Source of the DNA: Octopus vulgaris
Taxonomy: Eukaryota
NCBI GenBank assembly: GCA_951406725.2
Contig: OX597833.1
Coordinates: 63,240,001-63,304,000 of the forward strand
Length of the DNA stretch: 64,000 nucleotides
Direction of reading: 5' to 3'
In this document: piece after piece, positions 26,805 to 42,948 of the stretch
Layout: each line of letters begins with the position of its first letter
Numbering within the stretch: position 1 is the first letter of the stretch
Notes under the pieces: model-generated
The model's input: only the letters and a program-made list of their open reading frames with translations
Told to the model about the DNA's origin: nothing
The model's database searches: none
Translations under genes and position numbers: made by a program

Positions 26805-27220
26805 ATTCATTTCCTTATTGCCCGCAAGGAGCTAAACATAGAAGGGAACAAACAAGGATAGACGAAGGGATTAAGTCGATTACATCGACACCAGTGCGTA
26901 ACTGTTACTTATTTAATCGACCCCGAGAGGATGAAAGGCAAAGTCGACCACGGCAGAATTTGAACTCAGAACGTAACGGCAGATGAAATACCTATTTCTT
27001 TACCACCCACAAGGAGCTAAACACAGAGAGGACAAACAAGGACAGACAAACGGATTAAGTCGATTACCTCGACCCCAGTACGTAACTGGTACTTAATTTA
27101 TCGACCCCCGGAAGGAAAAAGGCAAAGTCGATCTCGGCGGAATTTGAACTCAGTACGTAACGGCAGATGAAATACCGCTAAGCATTTCGCCCGGCGTGCT
27201 GACGTTTCTGCCAGCTCGCG
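26805..27220 (-). mobile_element. Dimeric SINE family B
   Basis: The tail of the first unit joins the body of the second at about 26985-27000. Confidence 0.8.
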
Positions 27221-27734
27221 GTCCTTTGGGCGGGAAGCAAGTTTCTTACCATATGTGTGTTTGTGTGAGTGTGCATGTGTGTGCGCGTGTACTTCTGTGA
27301 ATGCATACGCATTTACAAACACACCTAACACATAATGGAATGTTTGATAAATAGATTGAAGAAATTAATATAAAAACAACAGCAACAACAAAAATGATTG
27401 GAAATAATATGTTTAATGTTTCCTCTCTGTTGTATTTGTGTAAAGGACAGCGAGTATTAATATGGTGAAGTATTAATTGGTAACTGTTTACTAACCAATC
27501 AACTAATTAACCAACCAACCATCCATCCATCCAACCAACCAAACAGCAAAGCAAGCAAGCAAGGAACAAACCAACTCACCAAGCAAACTAGCGATCGACC
27601 GACCGACCGACTAACTAACCAAGTAAGCATGCAAGCAAGTAAGCAAGCATGCAAATAAGCAAGCATGCAAATAAGCAAGCATGCAAATAAGCAAGCATGC
27701 AAGCAACCATCCAACCAACGGACCATCCAGCCTA

Positions 27735-29322
27735 CCAACCAACCAACCAACCAACCAACCAACTAACCAACCAACCAACCAACCAACCAACCAACCAACC
27801 AACCAACCAACCAACCAACCAACCAACCAACCAACCAACCAACCAACCAACCAACCAACCAACCAACCAACCAAGCCAACCAGCCAACCAACCAACCAAC
27901 CAACCAACCAACCAACCAACCAACCAACCAACCAACCAACCAACCAACCAACCAGCCAACCAACCAACCAACCAACCAACCAACCAACCAACCAACCAAC
28001 CAACCAGCCAGCAAGCCAACCAACCAACCAACCAACCAACCAACCAACCAACCAACCAACCAACCAACCAACCAACCAACCAACCAGCCAGCCAGCCAAC
28101 CAACCAACCAACCAACCAACCAACCAACCAACCAACCAACCAACCAACCAGCCAGCCAGCCAGCCAACCAACCAACCAACCAACCAACCAACCAACCAAC
28201 CAACAACCAACCAGCCAGCCAGCCAGCCAACCAACCAACCAACCAACCAACCAACCAACCAACCAACCAACCAACCAACCAACCAACCAGCCAACCAACC
28301 AACCAACCAACCAACCAACCAACCAACCAACCAACCAACCAACCAACCAACCAACCAACCAACCAGCCAGCCAACCAACCAACCAACCAACCAACCAACC
28401 AACCAACCAACCAACCAGCCAGCCAGCCAACCAACCAACCAACCAACCAACCAACCAACCAACCAACCAACCAACCAACCAGCCAGCCAACCAACCAACC
28501 AACCAACCAACCAACCAACCAACCAACCAACCAACCAACCAACCAACCAACCAACCAACCAACCAACCAGCCAGCAGCCAACCAACCAACCAACCAACCA
28601 ACCAACCAGCCAGCCAGCCAACCAACCAACCAACCAACCAACCAACCAACCAACCAACCAACCAGCCAGCCAACCAACCAACCAACCAACCAACCAACCA
28701 ACCAGCCAGCCAACCAACCAACCAACCAACCAACCAGCCAGCCAGCCAACCAACCAACCAACCAACCAACCAACCAACCAACCAACCAACCAGCCAGCCA
28801 GCCAACCAACCAACCAACCAACCAACCAACCAACCAACCAACCAACCAACCAACCAACCAACCAACCAACCAACCAGCCAGCCAACCAACCAACCAACCA
28901 ACCAACCAACCAACCAACCAACCAACCAACCAACCAACCAACCAACCAACCAACCAACCAACCAGCCAGCCAGCCAACCAACCAACCAACCAACCAACCA
29001 ACCAGCCAGCCAGCCAACCAACCAACCAACCAACCAACCAACCAACCAACCAACCAACCAACCAACCAACCAGCCAGCCAACCAACCAACCAACCAACCA
29101 ACCAACCAACCAACCAGCCAGCCAGCCAACCAACCAACCAACCAACCAACCAACCAACCAACCAACCAACCAACCAACCAACCAACCAACCAACCAACCA
29201 GCCAGCCAACAAACCAACCAACCAACCAACCAACCAACCAACCAACCAACCAACCAACCAGCCAGCCAGCCAACCAACCAACCAACCAACCAACCAACCA
29301 ACCAACCAATCAACCAACCAGC
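27735..29322. repeat. About 1.6-kb (AACC)n array with AGCC variants
   Basis: Read directly. Confidence 0.98.
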
Positions 29323-29526
29323 CAAATAAGACAATAAGACAAAAAAACCATGCAAGCAAACAACGAATCTAACGACAGCCAGCCAAACGCTAAACCACCC
29401 GCCATACCGGCCAGCCAGCCAGTCAACTAGAACAGTTTTTGCTACCAGAGACAGCCATTGTCTTAGGGAAACAGATGTAGCTTTTCGTGACATGATAACA
29501 GTTTGTTAGATGGCAACAAAATAACT

Positions 29527-29572
<46 letters not shown>

Positions 29573-29637
29573 CAGCAGCAGAAGTGGAGCGACGTCTATT
29601 TGAATAACGTAATGATTGTGTAATAAAAGCCGAGAAA

Positions 29638-30560
<923 letters not shown>

Positions 30561-30995
30561 AAGACCGAACCTGAGCCAAACCAAAATAAACAACAACAAC
30601 AACAACAATAACAATAATAATAATAATAATAAAGTGTGAAAGGAGAAAAAGATGGAAAAAGTGAAAAAGAATAAAAGTGAAACAATTTAGTAAAATAATG
30701 GACAGCTGCATAATTGGATGGTTGGGTGGTTAGAGGAAGGATGGATCGACAGAAGAATGGCTGGACGGGTGGTTGCGCAGATGGGTGTCTGCTGGGGTGG
30801 ACATGGCGGGAGAAGGCAATGATAAAAGGTAAAACAATACTCTGAGATTTTATTGAAATTCAGTGAAACAATGGTAACACATAGAAGAAGAAAAGAAAAG
30901 AAAAAAGAAACAAAATAAAACAAACTTATCTCCCTTTCATTTATTATTATTAGTGTTGTCCCCCTCATCATTCACCCTGGTGGTAAATAAATGAG

Positions 30996-31805
30996 ATCAT
31001 CGTCATCATCATCATCATCATCATCATTATCATCATCGTCATCATCGTTATCATCATCATCATCATCATTATCATCATCATCATCATCATCATCATCATC
31101 GTCATCATCATCATCGTTATCATCATCATCATCATCATTATCATCATCGTCATCATCGTTATCATCATCGTCATCATCGTCATCATCATCATCGTTATCA
31201 TCATCATCATCATCATTATCATCATCGTCATCATCGTTATCATCATCGTTATCATCGTCATCATCATCATCGTTATCATCATCATCATCATCATTATCAT
31301 CATCGTCATCATCGTTATCATCATCGTCATCATCGTCATCATCATCATCGTTATCATCATCATCATGATCATTATCATCATCGTCATCATCGTTATCATC
31401 ATCGTCATCATCGTCATCATCATCATCGTTATCATCATCATCATCATCATCATCGTCATCATCGTTATCATCATCGTCATCATCGTCATCATCGTCATCG
31501 TCATCACCACTATCATCATTATCATCACCATCATCAACATCACCATCACATCCTCATCGTCAGAATTATCTCACCATCGTCATCATCACCATCATCATGA
31601 TGATGGTGATCATCATCATCGTAATCGTCATCATCGTCGTCGTCGTCGTCATCACCATCACCATCATCGTTGTCGTCGTCGTCATCTTCACCACCATCAC
31701 CATCATCTTCATCATCATCGCCATCATCATCATCATCGTCATCATCATCATCACCACCATCATCATCGTCGTCGTCGTCGTCATCATCATCATCATCATC
31801 ATCAT
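30996..31805. repeat. (CAT/CGT/TAT)n array with higher-order repetition
   Basis: Read directly. Confidence 0.95.
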
Positions 31806-32096
31806 TTTTATTCTTTTGCCTATTATCATTTTAGGGTCGATAAAATAGGTACCAGTTACGCACTGAGGTCGATCTAGTCGACTTAATCCCCTCTCATCCC
31901 CAAAATTTAAGGTCTTGTTCCTTTGGTAGAAAAAACTATTATTATTATCAAGACTGCTAGGTAGTCGGCCGTATGCTAGAAATAGATCATCAACGATCAA
32001 ACTACAAAGAAAGTTCTCTAGAGGAAAAATTCAGCGAACACCAGAACCAAATTTGGTGGGCAGGACAGATGAAAATTTATATAAAAAACAGAATTA

Positions 32097-32173
32097 ATTG
32101 CATACCTCGGTTTCGGCCTTTAACAAAAGAATTACTTACATAATTCAAATGTCCGTGGCCTCATCAGTACAAT
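32097..32173 (-). ncRNA. Type I hammerhead ribozyme, canonical core
   Basis: AUUGUA-CUGAUGA-GGCC-(about 44 nt)-GGCC-GAAA-CCGAG-GUA-UGCAAU. Stem I 6 bp, stem II 4 bp, GUA cleavage triplet. Confidence 0.8.
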
Positions 32174-32354
32174 CGTTCAGTGTAAATGCAATCTGAAAAA
32201 TAACCCCAGCTTTCTGTGCCAAAACAGACACGTGTTTAGTTTTACCGATTACATTAGGGATAAAATTTCAAATGTCTTAGTTCCGGCGCGCTAAAAAATT
32301 CCTGAAGCGAAGAACTACAGTACACACACATACATACATACATACACACACATA

Positions 32355-32607
32355 TATTCTTTTGTTACTGATCTTGTTTCATTTTATTACAGCCATGCTG
32401 GAGAACCGCCTTGTAGTGTTTAGGTGTAACAAATGGACCCCAACCCAGGACTTATATTTTAACCGCAGTACTTATTCTATTCTTCTCTTTTGCTGAACCG
32501 CTAAGTTACGGTGACGCAAACACTCCAACAAGGGAAACAAACACAGATGCAATAAGACACACACACACACACAAACACACTTATATTTATATATATATAT
32601 GTATATG

Positions 32608-32658
<51 letters not shown>

Positions 32659-32709
32659 GTGTATATATATGTATATATATATATGTATATATATATATAT
32701 GTATATATG

Positions 32710-32740
<31 letters not shown>

Positions 32741-32950
32741 ATATATATATGTATATATATATGTATGTATATATTTATATATATATATATGTATGTATAT
32801 ATATATATTTGTATATATATATATATATTATATATACCGGAGTGAGTAAACACATAAATGTGAAACAAGGTGGAAAAAACTGTCCGACGAACGGCAACGC
32901 GAAACTCAGAGTAACAGATTTTGTTGAATTTTCTGCTGCTTTGAATAAAA

Positions 32951-33008
<58 letters not shown>

Positions 33009-33200
33009 TGTTTATATACATTCTGTTTATATACATTCTGTTTTTTATATACAAGCTTATTTCAGTTTCCGTCTACAAAATCCACTCACAAAGCTTTGGT
33101 TCGAGGCTTTAGTAGAAGACACTCGTGCAAGGTGCCACATAGTGGGACTGAAACCAGAACCATGTGGTTTGGGAAGCAAGCTTCTTACCACACTGCCACC
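32355..33200 (-). mobile_element. SINE family C with expanded internal TA tract hosting a hammerhead element
   Basis: Tail 32355-32575, head 33055-33200, insert 32837-32950. Confidence 0.7.
32880..32917 (+). ncRNA. Compact hammerhead variant (CCGACGA core)
   Basis: CUGU-CCGACGA-ACG-GCAA-CGC-GAAA-CUCAGA-GUA-ACAG; paralog of 58744-58781. Confidence 0.6.
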
Positions 33201-33374
33201 GCAATGTTGTCCTCTGTTGAATTATTTCACTCGCAAGTATCCACAGGAAACACAGTGCGATCGAGGCCAGAACCTCGTTATCGCTATGCGTACGACTTAA
33301 CCGCACAATCTGAAATGCTAGAAATAGTAGTAATATGCAAGGCAAATTGAAAAACAAAAATTAGCTGTAGATAT

Positions 33375-33584
33375 TCTTCTTTTACTTGTTTCAGTCATTT
33401 GACTGCGGCCATGCTGGAGCACCGCCTTTAGTCGAGCAAATCGACCCCGAGACTTATTCCTTGTAAGCCCAGTACTTATTCTATCCGTCTCTTTTTGCCG
33501 AACCGCTAAGTGACAGGGACGTAAACACACCAGCATTGGTTGTCAAGCAATGCTAGGGGGACAAACACAGACACACAAACACAT

Positions 33585-33617
<33 letters not shown>

Positions 33618-33780
33618 CATATATACGACAGGCTTCTTTCAGTTTCCATCTACCAAATCCACTCACAAGGCATTGGTCGGCCCAGGGCTATAGCAGAAGA
33701 CACTTGCCCAAGATGCCACGCAGTGGGACTGAACCCGGAACCATGTGGTTGGTTAGCAAGCTACTTACCACACAGCTACT
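33375..33780 (-). mobile_element. SINE family C, near full length
   Basis: Close match to 7770-8198. Confidence 0.88.
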
Positions 33781-34701
33781 CTTTATGAAGACTCAGCGAA
33801 AAATGCCAACACTTTAAGACGAATAAATGATAAAAATGCCAAAAAATACTAAAGGAATTAAGAAAAGACGTGTTTATAGGAAATAAAAAAAAAAATTACG
33901 AAGATTTCGAGATGTTAACGGATGGTGTGGAATAAAAAAAAATTACTGAAATGGCGGAAGATAGTTGGAAGACAAGAGTAAGCGAATGTCAGCGTTAAGA
34001 TACAAAAATAAGAAATATCGAAATAAATATAATAATATTGAAGATGTAAGCTTATAATACACACACAGACGCGCACACACGCAGACACATAAACACAGAC
34101 ACACAGGCACACACATACTTATACTTATATATTCTTAAACATTGAGACGTAACTGAGAAGACTAGAGTTTTGTCAACTTTTACCAAGAGAAAAAAACCCC
34201 GAATAAACATACGTATAGGAAGGTATGAAAATAGCAACTAATAGAAATCATGAGAAACTAGTTAGGAAGAATCGAGAAAACGAATTGCTATTAAAATTTC
34301 ACCGATATAAATATCAAAACACTTGAAAAATAGCTACACGCTATGGAAACAAAATGGCGTCCGTCGCACTGAAGAAAATGTAAAGTCACTCGAAATGGAG
34401 GACTTGAAACATGCGTAGACGACAGAAGAAAGAGAAAGAAAGAGAAAGAAAGAGAGAGAAAGAGAAACGAAATAATGGCAACACTTGAAGATTGTAACAA
34501 ATGAAGATTGGTTGAACATTCTGGCTGCGTTAATTAAGTTTTCAATTGCGAAATGAGCGTTGAAGAGTTCTTGGTACTCTCTGAAGAGGCTCGTTAAATC
34601 CACACCAGCACCAGTACCAGTACCAGTAGCAAAGCCACTTTCTCCCAATCTCCCCTCTCCTTCTGTCTCTCTGTCTGTCTGTCTGTCTCTCTATTGTTCT
34701 A

Positions 34702-34767
<66 letters not shown>

Positions 34768-34849
34768 CATACATATATACATACATACATACATACATAC
34801 ATAAATGCATGCATAAATACATACATACATACATACACACATACATACA

Positions 34850-34883
<34 letters not shown>

Positions 34884-35074
34884 CATACATATATACATAC
34901 ATACATACATACATACATAAATGCATGCATATATAGACACACACACACACGTTTCCAGTTACTCATAACGGCTTGTGCATTATGTATGTATATATGCATG
35001 AATACAGACACACAAACATACATACACATGCTTATTTTGATATATATATATATATATACACACATGTAGCACGC

Positions 35075-35144
<70 letters not shown>

Positions 35145-35916
35145 GTATGTATATATATATATGTGTGTCTATGTATACATGTATATGTATATATTTCTAT
35201 ATATATGCAATATATTATGACACATGTATCATAATGTATATATACATACATACATACATACATACATACATACCAAAGTACACGCGCGCACACACGGACG
35301 CGCACACGGACGCGCACACGGACGCGCACACATTCGCACACATACATACACACACACACGCGCGCACATATATCCCTTCCTTGTAACCCCCCACCACCAC
35401 CGCGTCTTTCAATCGCCATTTCCTTATTTCTTCCTCTCAATATTTACATCTTTCAGTCAATCATTAAACGTTACCCAATCACCGCTGCCATTTTGTTTCT
35501 GTCGTTATTCTTCTTCTTCTTCTTCTTGTCGTTTTTTCCTTTAGTTTACGTACGCGTTTTTCTCTACTTTCTCAGCTCATTCTTTCTTTTTCTGCTTTTT
35601 CCCCCCTGTTCTTTATCTGTTCCACCATTTTATTTTCTGTGTCAACATGGCGTATTTTTTCCCCCTCTGTTTTCTCGCTCACATATCTGCTGCCGTTGTT
35701 CTCGTTGTTGTTGTTGTTGTTGGTCGTCTTATTTTTCCTCTTCCTTCTACTTCTGCTGTGTTTGTTTTCTTCTTTTTTTCTTGGTCTTTTCTATTGCTGT
35801 TTGCGTATGTATGTGCAATCGTGTGTGAATGTATGGCTGCCTGTATGACACCAAACGCGTTTATGCATAAATATTCAAATAAATGCGCGTACGATCTGTG
35901 TATGTATTTATGTATG

Positions 35917-35975
<59 letters not shown>

Positions 35976-36035
35976 TTATATATGTATGTATATATGTATA
36001 TATATGTATATATATATAAAAAAGTTGAGTTGTGG

Positions 36036-36081
<46 letters not shown>

Positions 36082-36082
36082 G

Positions 36083-36133
<51 letters not shown>

Positions 36134-36237
36134 GTATCTATGTATATGTATGTGTGTGTATATATATGTATATATTTCTTTATATGTGCATATCTATACA
36201 TATATGATTTTACATGTACAGATATATGTTTATATAC

Positions 36238-36297
<60 letters not shown>

Positions 36298-37001
36298 TAT
36301 GCATATATATGTCTATTTGTCTATATGTATAAATAGAGAGACGTATATGTATTTGTATGTTTATATATATACATATACATATACATATATATATATATAT
36401 ATATGCATATATGTATGTATGTATATGTCTATATATGTGTATGTATGTCTACGAATTTTTACGCACTGAAATGCATGTGTACATGTGTGTATGTTATATG
36501 TATATGCATCTGCCCATGTTTCTACGCTGTCTGTCTGTGTGTCTATGTTATTTTGCATTGTAGTTATCGCTGTTGTATTTTTTATCTTTACATTCTGGCC
36601 TCCTTTTCAATCGCGTGTCGATAGAAATGTTTTATAAATATCTCCTCCTGTCACTCCAAGGAAAGAAAAAACAATACAAAAGAAAATAAACAAACAAACA
36701 GCGGAAGCCAAAATAAGATAACAATTCAATATATATCGTACAATTATGTTTGCTGATCTTTTATTTTTGTTTTGTTAAAGAAGATATTTAATCAAGCTTA
36801 ATTATGGAGAAGAAAATTAATTAAACACAATAACAGTGTTTAGTCGATGTACCGCTTCAGTTACGCATTTACTAACGTTGTACCTCCTCAAAGATTAACA
36901 CTGACATGCGCAGTGGTGGGTAAATTCGCGAAGTGCTCCATATTGTTTTGGGTGAAGGATTACCAGAATCGTCAGGACCCTAGAGATATTGCTTTGCGGT
37001 T

Positions 37002-37614
37002 CAGTGATCCCTCGACTATCGCGGGTGTAAACATTCCAAAACCTCACTCGTTACGTGAAAATCCGCGAAGTAGAAACAGTACTGTACTCTTTTACTATTT
37101 TACTTGTTTCAGTCATTTGACTGCGGCCATACTGGAGCACCACCTTTATAGTCGAGCAAATCGACCCCAAGACTTATTCTTTGTAAGCCTAGTACTTATC
37201 CTATCGGTCTCTTTTGCCGAACCGCTAAGTTACGGGGACGTAAACACACCAGCATCGGTTGTCAAGCGATTTTGGGGGCACAAACACACACACACAAAAA
37301 TACACACATACATACATGTATACGACGGGCTTCTTTCAGTTTCTGTTTACCAAATCCACTCAAAAGGCTTTGGTCGGCCCGAAGCTATAGTAGAAGATAC
37401 TTGCCCAAGGTGCCACGCAGCGGGACTGAACCCGGAACCATGTGGTTGGTAAGCAAGCTACTTACCATACAGCCACTCCTGATACTTTTAAAATTATTTT
37501 TATAATTTGTATATATTATTTTATTATAAATTCAAAACAACACCACGGAGTAATCGACGTAAGCTTAAATAATTAAACGCGATAGGTGAACCGCGATAGA
37601 GCAAGGGATTGCTG
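37002..37614. mobile_element. Tigger/pogo-like MITE interrupted by a SINE family C copy (37085-37482)
   Basis: Left end CAGTGATCCCTCGACTATCGCGG; right end CCGCGATAGAGCAAGGGATTGCTG followed by TA (imperfect TIRs). Confidence 0.65.
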
Positions 37615-38322
37615 TATTCATATTTGCTCTTTACATTATGAGTTCAAATCACGCCGAAGCCATCTTTACCGTACCTCATTCCAGAGGTGATAAAACATCA
37701 GCTAAGTAGGTCGATCTGATTGACTATGCGCACGCACATAAGATATTGCTTTAAAACAACTCCACGGAATATACAAAGGGAAAACCAAAAATTTTATTGA
37801 AATAAAGGCATGCTTAATTACTTTTTAATGAAAAGTAAACACTGATTGCTTTTTATTCAGCAGATATGATTCAGCACCGTCCATTAGACGGGGGGCGTTT
37901 TGTTCGTCTCATATAATAAAGGAGCTTGCTCTGGTAACAAACAAAATGTTTGATTCCTATTCGCAGAGAGAATGTGAAACTTCTGTCCTCGTTTTGGAAA
38001 ACAGACAAAACGCTGTTTACGTCGTATCGTTAATGACAAGTCGCCATTTTGTTTTATCTCCCTTCGATTCCATTTGCACTTCGCTATGAGCTTCTGTATG
38101 TCCAAATATGTAAACACAAGCGTGAAATTACGATACGTAATAAACTGCTGTCACTAAATTACCTTCGAATTTTACTGGAAGTGGATGCTGAGTGCTCGGG
38201 GGGGGGGGGTTGTACGAAAACAAACAGCGTATAACCACTATGATCTTAAAACCATACACACGACTGTGTATATATGTGAGTGTATATATCTGTGAATGTT
38301 GAAGTGCACACAACACACACCT

Positions 38323-38377
<55 letters not shown>

Positions 38378-38453
38378 ATACATATATACATATATATATA
38401 TATATATGTATATATGTATATATATATATATAAATATATATATACATATATAC

Positions 38454-38499
<46 letters not shown>

Positions 38500-38516
38500 G
38501 TATATATGTATATGTA

Positions 38517-38643
<127 letters not shown>

Positions 38644-38961
38644 ACATTTACAGACACACAGACAAAATAGACAAATGAGTACCATATGAATCTGATTGGT
38701 CAATTAACTTGTCAGTGTACTCTGTGAACACTGGTTTAATGTAGTTGGGATCCAAAAGGTCAGACGAATATACGAGACAGGCAGCGTATCGTACGTCAGC
38801 AACATTTATGTATATACAGGGTGAGTTGCTTATGAACAACACATCCGGTTTATAACCGACTTCCGATCAGGATTTGTTATAACTGTTGGAATTGTAAATG
38901 TGTGCCTGTCTTTGCATCCGACCGTGTGTGTGTGTATATATGTATATGTATATGTATATGC

Positions 38962-39059
<98 letters not shown>

Positions 39060-39147
39060 CATATACACACATATATATACATATATATATATATATAAAC
39101 ATATATACAGTTATAGATATATATGCATATATATATATATATATTAT

Positions 39148-39318
39148 TTTATTTAAAGCAGCAGAAAATTCAACAAAACCTGTTACTCTGAGTTTCACGT
39201 GAAACTCAGAGTAACAGGTTTTGTTGAATTTTCTGGTGCTTTAAATAAAGCATATTTCTCTACCACTGGTATTTGAGTACTCTTTTTTCTACCTTGTTTC
39301 ACATTCATGTCTTTACTC

Positions 39319-39322
<4 letters not shown>
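39148..39322. mobile_element. (TA)n-flanked fold-back element with a 102-bp spacerless palindrome (39148-39249)
   Basis: Centre CACGTG at 39196-39201, one mismatch; same family as 32837-32950 and 58735-58815. Confidence 0.8.
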
Positions 39323-39362
<40 letters not shown>

Positions 39363-39576
39363 TTTTGGGATTTGGCTTGCAAGATTCTTTATGTGAGTTC
39401 GTGTGTTGAAACATATTCTGTTTTGTCTGGTGAGAGTCATTCTCTTTTCGTACTTTGTAATTTAACACACTCACCGGTAAAATTTCCGCTCATTTCACAT
39501 TAACTCGAGTGAGATATACTCTACTGATTCACTACATGTATTGGCCAATTCTTTGTTCTTGGAGTTTAAAAGACAG

Positions 39577-39664
<88 letters not shown>

Positions 39665-39809
39665 GTATTTGCGTGTGTGTGAGTATATAAAAAATTGTTT
39701 GTTCAAATAATAGACGGTCTTTCCTGAAGCGACTTTGTTAAATATAAAAATCTGTGTGTGTGATATACATATATACTTATACATACACGCACGCATATAT
39801 ATATGTATA

Positions 39810-39849
<40 letters not shown>

Positions 39850-40093
39850 TATATACATACATATATGTATATATGTATATATATGTATATGTATATATAC
39901 AACATATATATATATACATATCTATATATATGCATATATATATATGCATATATACACTTATATATACAGATATATAGAAAAGTGCACAAATATATAGGTG
40001 AGTTTGTGTAAGATTCTGTTTGTGTGTGTATATGTACATAATCAATATATATGTGCGACCCTGTGTTAGCATACAAATATATACGCATGTATT

Positions 40094-40166
<73 letters not shown>

Positions 40167-40268
40167 ATAGATATGTAAATATATATATGTATATACATAC
40201 ACACATACATATACATATTGGTATGTATATATACACACACAAACATACACATATGTATTTATATATAT

Positions 40269-40324
<56 letters not shown>

Positions 40325-40844
40325 GAATATATGTATTTATGTCTGTCTGTCTGTGCGTTTGTATGTGTTATTCGTAGCTATTATTCAGTCTTCAGACACA
40401 ACTGCGCCATAATCTAATAAAAAAAAAATTGTTGATGACAGAAAGAAAAAAAAAACAGAAGTGTAGGCAGAACGTTGTGACCTCTGGAGACAAAGGTCGA
40501 CACTTCTAGACGAACAGACACACACGTAAACACACACGTACACCCCCCCCCCATCTCCCAGACACACACACACACATGCACGCACGCAAGTACGCTGACG
40601 CAGACCTACACACTTACACACTTACACACACAGAGAAACACACACAGACACCTATTTGCTGAAAGCTACGTTTGTTTCTTACTGCGGTGTTCCGGATTCT
40701 TCTGTCGATTATTTCAAAGTAAACATCAAGAGAACTTCAAGAAAATATGACTTCGAAAAAGAAAACTGAAAGGAGAAACAGTGGCACCGTGGACAGCAGT
40801 CATTGCTTCCAGCTAATATGTATAAATGCTATTCTTTCTTTCTT

Positions 40845-41058
40845 TCTTTTGCTTGTTTCAGTCATTTTGACTGCGGCCATGCTGGAGCACCGCCTTTTAG
40901 TCGAGCAACTCGACCCCGGGGACTCATTCTTTTTGTAAGCCCAGTACTTATTCTATCGGTCTCTTTTTGCCGAACCGCTAAGTGACGGGGACATGAACAC
41001 ACCAGCATCGGTTGTCAAGCAATGCTAGGGGAACAAACACAGACACACAAACACACAG

Positions 41059-41121
<63 letters not shown>

Positions 41122-41607
41122 TATGACGGGCTTCTTTCAGTTTTCGTCTACCAAATCCACTCACAAGGCATTGGTCGGCCCGGGGCTATAGCAGACGACA
41201 CTTGCCCAAGATGCCACGCAGTGGGACTGAACCCGGAACCATGTGGTTGGTTAGCAAGCTACTTACCACACAGCCACCCCTGCGCCTATATAGTACTTCA
41301 TAGTACTTGATGCTATTATTCAACGGTATTGAGTTCACGTTTGTGGGTTTTAAGTTTGCTACCGTATTCTGTTATTCGTTTATTCTTTTATTTGTTTCAG
41401 TCATTTGATTGCGGCCATGCTGGAGCACCGCCTTTTAGTCGAACAAATCGAACCCCCCCAGGACTTATTCTTTTGTAAGCTTAGCACTTATTCTATGGGT
41501 CTCTTTTTGCCGAACCGCTAAGTTACGGGGACGTGAACATACCAGCGTCGGTTGTCAAGCGATGTTGGTGGGAAGGGACAAACACAAACACGCACACACA
41601 CGCACGC

Positions 41608-41670
<63 letters not shown>

Positions 41671-41780
41671 ACACAAACTCACACATAAACACGACGGGTT
41701 TCTTTCAGTTTCCGTCTACCAAATCCACTCACAAAGCTTTGGTCGGCCCGAGGCTTATAGTAGAAGACATTTGCCCATGT
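40845..41780 (-). mobile_element. Two SINE family C copies (40845-41290 full, 41380-41780 5'-truncated)
   Basis: Match to the family consensus. Confidence 0.85.
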
Positions 41781-41811
41781 CTAAAGCCACTCATGTATAT
41801 CTATATTTATA

Positions 41812-41846
<35 letters not shown>

Positions 41847-42288
41847 ATCAAGGCAGCATAAAAAAGAATGGAGAACAATTCATCTTCAAAATTTGTTTAT
41901 TACATTATTATCCTCATTAAATTCACATTAAATTCCAATCCGACACGTGTTTCTGCTGCGTATGTGTCCTAATGGCCTTTTATGTAGCATTTACGTGCAT
42001 TTAGTTGGTTTCTGTTGCCATATATATTCATCCGGGGTAGTCATTCCTATGCGGGTGGGTGACCTATTTTAAAGAGGTCATAGGCCTACAAGTCTTGGGG
42101 TCTGACGATACGCCATAAAGTTAAACCCTCTATGGACGGGAAACTTAGGGTAACGCCATAAACCGGCCTACACCAGGAAATATATACATACATACATACA
42201 TACATACATACATACATACATACATACATACATACATGCATGCATGCATGCATACATACATGCATGCATGCATACATACATACATACA

Positions 42289-42324
<36 letters not shown>

Positions 42325-42895
42325 TATAATAATAATAATAATAATATTAGGGAGTATAGCTCCAAACTTACAGGGAAAAATTCAATTTAGTATTTAATTT
42401 GTCCACTGTTTGAGTTGCATAATAGTGGTTTTATCTCTAATTCATATTTTATATATATGTATATATATATACGGATGTGTGTGTGTATGTGTGGGAAGTG
42501 AAGAATGGAGTTTACTACAATCGTTTCAATAATGTGTAGGTGACGAATTCTATGACGTGTGTTAAGATATAGATTAGAACATTGTCCATGTCGATTGTAT
42601 AATGCGTATTCCATAACGATCAGCATACAGTCATTTAATATTCCCCGAACGAACAAATAAGCTACATACATACATACATTATGCAATACGTACATATACG
42701 TATACATATATAATCGAAATGAGAAGACGAAGACTTTATCACACCTTAAATAGGCAGTTACAGTTGTTTCGATGTCACTCAGTTTTAATGCCGTTGCACA
42801 TAAATATTTCATGTAGTATTTGTGAATTTGGTGGACACAAGTAATATCAATTAGGATGAAGATAGATTGAGGAGTAGAGGAATAAGAATAATTCT

Positions 42896-42948
<53 letters not shown>

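Noticed and set aside
27611-29493. 525-582 aa ORFs (LVGW / TNQP repeats)
   Set aside because: Open in several frames on both strands because (AACC)n lacks stop codons.
34334-34648. 104-aa ORF with a protein-like stretch (DLTSLFREYQELFNAHFAIENLINAARMF)
   Set aside because: No recognisable family, no convincing splice sites, and low-complexity ends; cannot be supported as an exon without RNA data.
38755-38805. CAGACGA-ATATACG...CGTAT-CGTACGTC, possible decayed hammerhead
   Set aside because: Too many core mismatches to call.
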